A DNA stretch of 64,000 nt from Lobosporangium transversale. Lineage: Eukaryota. The notes under the pieces are model-generated. The model saw only the letters and a list, made by a program, of their open reading frames with translations, was not told the DNA's origin and made no database searches. Both the position numbers and the translations under genes were made by a program. The stretch lies in assembly GCF_002105155.1 (NCBI RefSeq), contig NW_019028979.1, positions 682,001 through 746,000 on the forward strand. Direction: 5' to 3'. Of this stretch, positions 56,152 to 64,000 are shown piece after piece. Every line of letters begins with the position of its first letter. Position 1 is the stretch's first letter.

Positions 56152-56962
56152 CTTCTATAAGAATTGTTTGAGAGCCAGAAAAGAGTGGAAGATTGGATGT
56201 CTATTAGCAGACTTGGTCATGAATAATATAACAATTTTCCTTTCTTTTTTTGAAATGGCTGCAAGATCATTGAAAAGTTGAATCAATCGTAATGCTGTGT
56301 TTTCTGATTCATGATGTTGAAGCTCCCTTTAGCTGAGATCAAGTATAAAAGATTGAATTGATTATGATGATGGATCCTTTTGCATGTATAATGATGGGTG
56401 ATTGCAAGATTTGCTTAATGGGAAGCTATATCCATGAATTTTTCCTAACGAACTCCATGATCCTGGAGTAATATCTGTGTTGGAATAAGAAAAATAGTCG
56501 ACCGATGGATGTATTATTATCCTTTGATAATGGATGTATTTGAAACGACTACGATTTATGATGCCGTAGCAATTTTGCCCACACCTGTAGAATTACTTCA
56601 AATGGGATAGAGGAAGATCCAACATTGTGCACAGTAACAGACAAGTCAAATACAATGGCTTCGCACTGTTATTAAGGGCCTATCACGTGATGAGAGCAAT
56701 TGTGATCAGACGCGACGCGACGCGCCAACTGCCACGAAATAAAGGAAAAGCTGTCTATTGAGCATGCAAAAACCAGTGGGAGGAGTCGTTCAAGCGGTGG
56801 CTTTCACCACTACTCCGATATAAATCTAATTTTTTTATCTTCTATCACCTGTTTACTAGTAGAGACGCAATAAAAGTTACGTATAGCAGCTTATGATGAT
56901 TTGACATGGTATTGAAATGCTTTACGGATATACAAGATAAGGAGAACAAGAGCTGTTTATTA

Positions 56963-57704
56963 TTGTTGTCAAGCGGGACCCCTTTGTTTGGGCCCCGCCA
57001 CAGCTATCATCTAATATTCCGATCTTATGGATAAAATTGGAAGTGTCTCCTTAGGGGAGACATTTCCTAAGCCTCAAGGATGGAGGGTTACTCTTTTTTT
57101 TTTTTTTTTTTTTTTTTTCATGAACTCCATGAAGATATCCTACGGGATAGTCGCAGGATATAAGGTCGGAAAGACCTTTGTTCGGAAGTCCTGTCCGCTT
57201 GCCAGGCTATGCTGGACGCTCGAAAGCGGCTGAGGCTGTTAGGGAAGGAGAGGAGGGGAGGGAGAGGAGCCCTTAAAAAGCCTTCGTGGCGTTACCATAC
57301 TAGATTAGGCTTTGTTGAATAAATATCCTTGGTCTCGCCCTTGGTCCCCTCTATTATGTTCTGTTCTGCAACCTCTCGATTCTGCTGCGTGAACTGAGGA
57401 GCGGGGGGATATTTTTTTTATTTTTTTTGACACCAAGGGATGAGAGGGTATTAAATGGTGGGATAGGATGACGTTTGGGTTCCGCAATCGCAACACTTTT
57501 AATATCCCTCCGCTTTAATTCAAAGAGAGTCGCCTGCTGTCAACAGTTGCTGTCGATGCTCCAAGTGCATAGAACCCAGTTTTGGGTTCCGGTCTAGCAC
57601 GTGGTTGCAGTTCTCTGACCCCTCACAAACTTTTCTCTCTCTCTCCCTCTAACGGAAGACATGGCGGCTGGCCATGTGTTTTCGCTATAAGCCTATGACG
57701 GCAA
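56963..57704 (+). ncRNA. Candidate large structured non-coding RNA (~740 nt), family unassigned
   Basis: No convincing ORF; GC-rich island in AT-rich intergenic DNA; at least 12 hand-identified helices, including a 5'/3' closing stem and a cUACGg tetraloop. G-U pairs work on the + strand only. See findings. Confidence 0.6.
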
Positions 57705-58893
57705 AAAATAAAATAAAATAAAAAAAGTGTTATTTTTTGATAACAAAAAATAATAATAATAAAAAAGGAAGGTATTTAGACGTACATGGCGTATCTACTG
57801 AGCTTATTAGCAGACTCACTGAGGACCCGGGGGTCGTATCTGTTGTGGAGGAGAGCCAGGTTATCGAGTCCCCATTCGAATAGCGGAATAGAGAATATGG
57901 TTGACTTGAAAAGCTGATCTCGGGATGGAGCACAAGAGCGGCAGGTCACCCACGGAAAGAAAAAAAGAAGTGTTGTGATAAGGGACAAAGGAGAAGAAGA
58001 AGCATTAGTTCTTTTTTGCAAAAGAAAAAAAAAAAAAAAAAAAAAACGGTGAATGCATTGGTCATGTGAAAAGGAAAGCGTCAATGATGAAAGGTATCTG
58101 GACTAGTACATTGAAGAAAGCAGGGACAAGGCAAGGCGCAAATCCACAAGAGAGTTTCAATATGCCATGCAGAAGAGTTGTTGAATTTAGACTTTTTTTT
58201 TTTAAAAAAAAAAAGCTTCATTTCTAGAACATGTTCTGTAACCGTGGAATGCCCGGAAGAATGATAGTGAAAATGTCCCATTGGGATAGGACTGTGGGAA
58301 TATATGGGAGGATCAAGGATAGAGCAAGGAATGGTGGCAATGAAGGATGAGTCCATCTGTGTGCTTGATTGGGCCATGCCATGCGACATTTACAGAAATT
58401 GGAAATGGTGTTGTCAAATGTAAGGTTATGCTCCTTTTCGTCACTTTAGTTGTCCTGAAGAATAGGATTGAAATCTTTTAATGGCATGGCAACCACAAAG
58501 ATCCAGGTGAGCATAAATAAAAATAAAAGGATATGTATTTTTATATAAAAGAGGTTGGCAAGTTAATGACATAGTAACTAATAAATAACTTTTTTTTTTT
58601 TTTTTTTTATTTTTATTCCTACTTTCATCATTCACTCTTTCTCTTTCCCCCTCTTCAACTCCTTCTTCCGTTTCTTTTTTACATTGTCAAAAAAGCTTTT
58701 TTTTTTTTTTTTTTGCCTTTTCCACACTCACGTCTGTGCATTTTATTTTAATCAAGATCTCATTCACCCTAACCATTCATCCATTGACACATCAACACTC
58801 TCCTACATTCATTCATTTCCCTTTGCTTATATATCCATATCCACATTCACTTTCATATCCATATTTCATTTGATACAGCAATTTTAACTGACC

Positions 58894-58950
58894 ATGGGCT
58901 GCTGTGGAAGCAAACAGTCTGATTATGACGAGGTAATATATTATAGTCTC

Positions 58951-58983
<33 letters not shown>

Positions 58984-61883
58984 TCAGACATTGGTGGTGG
59001 TCTATGCACATAGATTACATTAGCGCACATACATCACATCACACCATTCACACACACAGTCCATTCATCACTTGGTCCAACTTGGATTTGTATACTTCAT
59101 TACTCCATTGCTATTTAATGCATTGCAATCACCATCTTAATCATCGATCATCACACTTTCACTCCACTACGTGATAAACAAAGTAAAAAAGAGGAACTTA
59201 GTCACATGCTTGTACAAACTTCGACATCGTTCCGTCACATTGAAGCATGTATCGAAGCAGCAGACACTTGACAAACCATGCCAGCAACAACAGTAACAAC
59301 AATAACAACAACTATAGCATATAAAACAAGCTTTTTTTTTTTTCTGATTTGGCTTGCCGATACAAATAGACAACCCTTTTTTTACCCCCTCTCTCCAGTC
59401 AATTGTATATAAAAAAAAACAACAGCAGCAACTATCCAACGGCAATTGATCCAATTGGTTCTGTACTCTATGAGTGTGAATGTGAATGTGGGTGTGAGTG
59501 TGTGAGTGTGAGTGTGAGTGAACAAGAACTTTCAGTCAATATCCTCTTCTATCTGATCTAGTTCATGAATATCAGCGAATGGTGCATATCCAAGGCTGAA
59601 AAGCACATGTTTTTTTTTTTTTTTTTTTTCTCGCGATTTCGCTTTGACCATGATCATTGCGGCATTCTTTTTTTTTATTTATTGCCTAAGTGTGGTCTGA
59701 GTCGTGAATCGTGAATGTTGGAGTGGTACGCCTCCTTTTCTCCCATTTTTTTCGTCGCATCGGAGAGCGAAAGCAAATGCTGGTAAAATGAGGAGCAGAC
59801 ATTGCAGGGGAGCAAGGAAAGCGGGAAGAGCGTATTTGGGAAGAGCGTATTTGGGAACAGAATTGGATGCAGTAACATTGCTACAGGAAGCCCCGATTTG
59901 TTAATATTCCAAATGCATCAATGTCTATTCTGTTCTTTATGCATTGCTTAGAAATCTTCACGACACAAAACATTTTTTGGGCCATAGTGTTCGTTATATG
60001 TCAGATCTTCTCACTCCTCTCCCCTCCCCTCTTTTGTACTTGAATTTTTTTTACTTTTTGCATGATAATTGCATTGGGATCAATATTTATATGGAGGAGA
60101 GAATGAGAGCTGTGTTCTAGATACTGGACAATAATGGAATGTAGAAGGAGGGAGAGGAAGGGGAAGCTCTAGATATTTTTGACTCGAATGTTCATTAAAA
60201 TTGACTTTGCCAAATTTCTGTGTTCGAGAAAGTCAAATCATGGATATGTTGTTCTCCTTTTTTCGGAAGAGGATTGTCAATCTCCTCTCATTCTGCATTT
60301 TGCCCTTTTTTACCTCTGTCTAAACTCCGATTAATACTTCTTGCGCATAATTAATGCAATAAAGGGAAGAGTACTCAAAGTGAACCATATTCATGATGTT
60401 TGTACTAATCCATTAATTCTCACTACACCATCATTGTAGGACGAGCGCGTTCCTATATTGCGCGCCAATGAGTTATATCCGTAAGTACTAAAAAAGACAA
60501 TGAGATTAAAATGTGACACGTAGCATGGGAGGATTACTGTTGCCGTGAAAAAAAAAAAAAAAAAAAAACCATTTCAACTACACGTATTTCACTATCAAGT
60601 GTATGGGCCATGTTACAAAAGAATGCGATCACCAAGATAAAGGATAGAAAAACATGAGAGCATTGGAAGGATTGAAAAGTGCAGGGGTACGGACTGCTAA
60701 GCAACACAATGTAGTCCAAACAAAGAGGGTCTCATTATTATTATCAATTTTCAGTTCCTGCTTTCAGTTCGTTGTACATTGGCTCAGCAAACAGAATCTA
60801 AAATTTGTGTTGCACATGCAAGGTTGGCAAAGATAAAATGTGCTGGGTAACCCACGTCCAACAGGCGACTTTGAAAGATTTGGTAATTGTTATGCTCCTT
60901 TAACTTTTTTTTTTTTTTTTTTTTTTTGCACGTCAACAAAAAAAAAAAAAAAAAGAGAGAGATTGATGATAAGATGTGGTTGAGGAGTAACTGTCCGATT
61001 GACAGGCAATTTTTTTTTGTCCGTTACGCAGGATCTGTTGTGTCCTACCATGTTTTTAACTTTTGAACCAATGATAGTAGAATATTTGGCGGGAAAAAAG
61101 TAGTTGACAGGACATTGTCTGCTTACATTGTGATGACGGAATCTGCTTTTCTCTTCACAACACAACAAGACGATGTAATGGATGTAACGCCATTATGTAC
61201 GAAGAGGGATGGTGCGCGCATTCAGTCAAGGACTGTTTTGCACAACAGCCTTACCCCCTTTTGCGCGCTATTATGACTGTTTATGGTTTCACTTTGAATA
61301 AGGCACTTGCACGATTGAACGATTGAACGATTGAACGATTGAACGATTGAACGATTGTTGACTAAATGGTGTGAATGGTGTGGGGGACGTCTGCTCTGTT
61401 TGCTTTTTACGCCAAGCTCATTTGATAGTGGCCCATCAATAGTTAGCCACATGTGGACCCATTGGCTTGATTTGTCCAACAAAACGATCATAATTAAAAC
61501 AAGGGACAAATAGACTAATCAAATGCAAAAAAAACCCCCAACTTCAAATATGTAGTGAAAATAGGATTATTCATGGATCTATCGAACAGAACCAAGCCCG
61601 TGAATTCGATTCCTTGCAAAGGATTGTTGAGCGTACAGCAGGGTAAGAGTCTAATTTAATGTTTGACATTTATGTTTATTTTTTTATTATTTTTTTTTTT
61701 TTCCTTTGGGGCCCATCACAAACTATACCTTCACTGCTATGAAAGGAAAAAGTCTCCGAGGAAGGACTCTTGTTGGTTATTGCAATATTCGAGATGGTTA
61801 ATGGGATGTATGATGTCCTGGGTTGTTCTTTTTTGTTCTTTATTTGTCACTACAATGTCACCGATGTTTACAATGGCGTCGGG

Positions 61884-61914
<31 letters not shown>

Positions 61915-63966
61915 AACGAATTGATAGACTGATTTGTCCTTGATAGTGGGCTGGGTTGTTTACCGACTGGCTGGCGCGCCACCATGTTTGGGATATCAGT
62001 TACCAATTGCTTCAACTTTTTTTATAAATATATTTATCATGATGATTGTTGTGAGCAAACAAAACTCTTGAGGACCAGAAAAAAAAAGAGAGAGATGTTT
62101 ATGGCTGAATAGTTTTTGCTAATTGCTACACAAAAAGAGATGCAAATTGGCGTTGTATGTGATGAGAACAACATTCGTTGTGTAATATTTCTATTTGATA
62201 CAACACATTTTTTTATTTTTATTCATCATTCTTCACTTGTGTGTATTCCAAGGAGAATGAGATAATAAAAGAGGAGAGTGGCCCTTGCGACATGGTCCGT
62301 GGGCTTGACGTGCAAAGGTGTTTTTTTTTTTATTCGAGGTTGGATTTATGTCGATGTCAATGTCTATTTCTATGCTATTTCTATGTATTTGTCTATGTCT
62401 ATGTATGGTCGGGGTACAAAGGAAGGTAGGGGTGCTTGTTTTTGCATTGTCTTTCAATGCGAAGAGGATAAGCAAGAAGTGTTGCGGCGCAAAAAATAAA
62501 AAAAAGTGAATGGGGTGACTATGGCAAGACAAGGCAAATCAAGGGAGAGAGAGAGGCAGGAAGACAAAGGGTTCAGGATCCTTGGCTCGTCATTGGTCCG
62601 TTCATCATTTTTCCTAGTCATTGTCCCTTCCGCTACCGCAACATAGACGCTGCACATCCTTTTTCCCCTTCCTCAGCTTTCAACTTTGAATTTTCAACTT
62701 TCAACCTATTTTTTTTATTTTTTATTTTTTTTGGGAAGAGGAAGGGATGTCGATCGGCAGACTCCCTGTCATTCATTCATTCATCCATTCATTCATTTAT
62801 TCTTTCCAGATACAGCAAATATTCTGGAGACATTGAGGAGATAGAGATAGAACAAAGTACTATATGCTCTTAAATTCCTATTTTCTATTTGTCATGGATA
62901 GAAGCATGATAATTGATAGACTGAGTGAAGGGAGGAAGGGAGGCTATTTTTTATTTTTTCCTTTCGTTTATTGTTCTTTCTTTCAGGGCCTCATCTGTCC
63001 ATCTACCAAAAACCATTATCGCAACCAAAAAGAGGAATCCTCCATTCATTACACATATCCGTCCAATGGGCTTGTCCGTTCTTTCCTTTACTAAATATTA
63101 TAACTTGTATTCAATACTCTTGCTAACCTTCCATCTCTCTCTCTCTTTTTTTCGTATATAATAACCAATCTTTTTTTTTTATTACTATTTCTCTCTTTTT
63201 CTTTCTTCTTTTTTTTTTTTATTCTCTCATTTCTCTTCCTCATATGCACATGCACATCATTCTCCTTTTTATCATTACTATCAATCATCAATTGTCATCA
63301 CTTCTTTTATAATTGTGCGTGTATGTGTGTGTGTGTAAATATATACATTAATATCTCATAGAAACCTGATCGATATCCCGTCAACATTGCAATTGGAACG
63401 ATTGCAGCAACAGGAAGCTCAACATCGATCGAACGAATACATCGCTGCACTTAACGCAGTCAAGTTACCCGAACAGACTATCAAGAAACTTTACAACATG
63501 ACATCTGTCGTCAAGGCCGGAGGTGATCTTCCGAATGAGCAATTGGATGGTGTTCTCAAATCATCCGCTTCTTCCGCAGTAAATTCGATCAAGGCACCGT
63601 CAGTGCGAGAAGTCCTTGCAGAAAAGGCAATTGATTCCAAAACTTTGGGATGGGTAAGTTATTTTCTTTTGTGTACCATTAACATACTCTTTTCCTTTTA
63701 GCTTTGCAGTGCCTTCTTCAATCTTTCAGTTCTTTTTATTTTATTTTATTTTTTTTAAAAAAAAATTGGTCAATTCTGTCTCTTGTTACACGACACTAAT
63801 GCAATTTTCTTTATCCATGTTTCTCCATTTCTGTTGCTTATTTCCTCTTGTTTTGTTAATGTAGATGACAAATGCAATGGGTGAACTTCACCGGGCCACT
63901 GAGCAAATTGATGTTAAGGATGTAGGCGATTTGATCGTGACATTATCACCGCCCAAGGTGGCATAG
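58894..63966 (+). CDS. LAMTOR1: LAMTOR1/p18/Ego1-like Ragulator/EGO complex anchor, 5 exons
   Basis: Exons 58894-58932, 60440-60480, 61565-61642, 63362-63653, 63865-63966, all GT-AG and phase-consistent (0,2,2,0). Product MGCCGSKQSDYDEDERVPIL..FDSLQRIVERTAGNLIDI..IDVKDVGDLIVTL has a myristoylation/palmitoylation motif, an acidic dileucine-like signal and the family's NLIDI and C-terminal LIV motifs. Confidence 0.85.
61310..61357. repeat. 8-bp tandem repeat (ACGATTGA)x~6 within LAMTOR1 intron 2
   Basis: acgattgaacgattgaacgattgaacgattgaacgattgaacgattg read directly. Confidence 0.9.
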
Positions 63967-64000
63967 ACCACTCTTATTTTTCATTTTTGTTCTATTCAAA

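Noticed and set aside
56325..56350. U2 snRNA-like words (GCTGAGATCAAGT)
   Set aside because: Short partial match only; lacks the GTAGTA branch-pairing sequence and the rest of U2.
56941..57720. Assigning the structured element to RNase P, RNase MRP, SRP RNA or a group I/II intron
   Set aside because: No GAAAGTCCCC/GGGGCT P4 pair, no correctly placed CR-I/CR-V, no SRP helix-8 AGCAG motif, no group II domain V or group I P7 found by eye. Not excluded without covariance-model searches.
61310..61357. Short tandem repeats (also 24896-24940, 31548-31577) as CRISPR or telomeric arrays
   Set aside because: No spacers, eukaryotic context, only 3-6 internal copies; ordinary minisatellites.
59167..63291. 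Numerous 60-100 aa ORFs rich in poly-F/poly-K
   Set aside because: Translations of poly(T)/poly(A) tracts within LAMTOR1 introns; the same applies to similar ORFs across the window and to antisense shadows of real genes.

Overview
Intron-rich eukaryotic DNA with short GT-AG introns and very many 15-30 nt poly(A)/poly(T) tracts. Gene content (NPLDIPEI-type F-box/LRR paralogs, a Sel1-repeat protein, a ROCK/MRCK-like kinase, class II aldolase) suggests an early-diverging fungus, probably Mortierellaceae; this is inference. About 21 protein-coding loci were reconstructed by hand: TFIIIC B-block subunit (partial), Obg-family GTPase, L-LDH, ROCK-like kinase, eEF1B-gamma, Sel1-repeat, PQ-loop, C2/Pro-rich, GNAT, double-ZNRD2, FBA1, Cid13-like nucleotidyltransferase, GST, an F-box/LRR gene plus its frameshifted paralog, RPL34, a five-exon LAMTOR1/Ego1 homolog and several hypotheticals. 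The most striking unexplained element is a ~740-nt non-coding, GC-rich, extensively base-paired segment (56963-57704, + strand) divergent from RPL34. It has a terminal closing helix, a cUACGg tetraloop, long-range arms, a possible pseudoknot and a downstream Sm-like site, and looks like a large structured ncRNA; telomerase RNA is one testable hypothesis. All calls come from reading the sequence only; no searches or folding programs were run.
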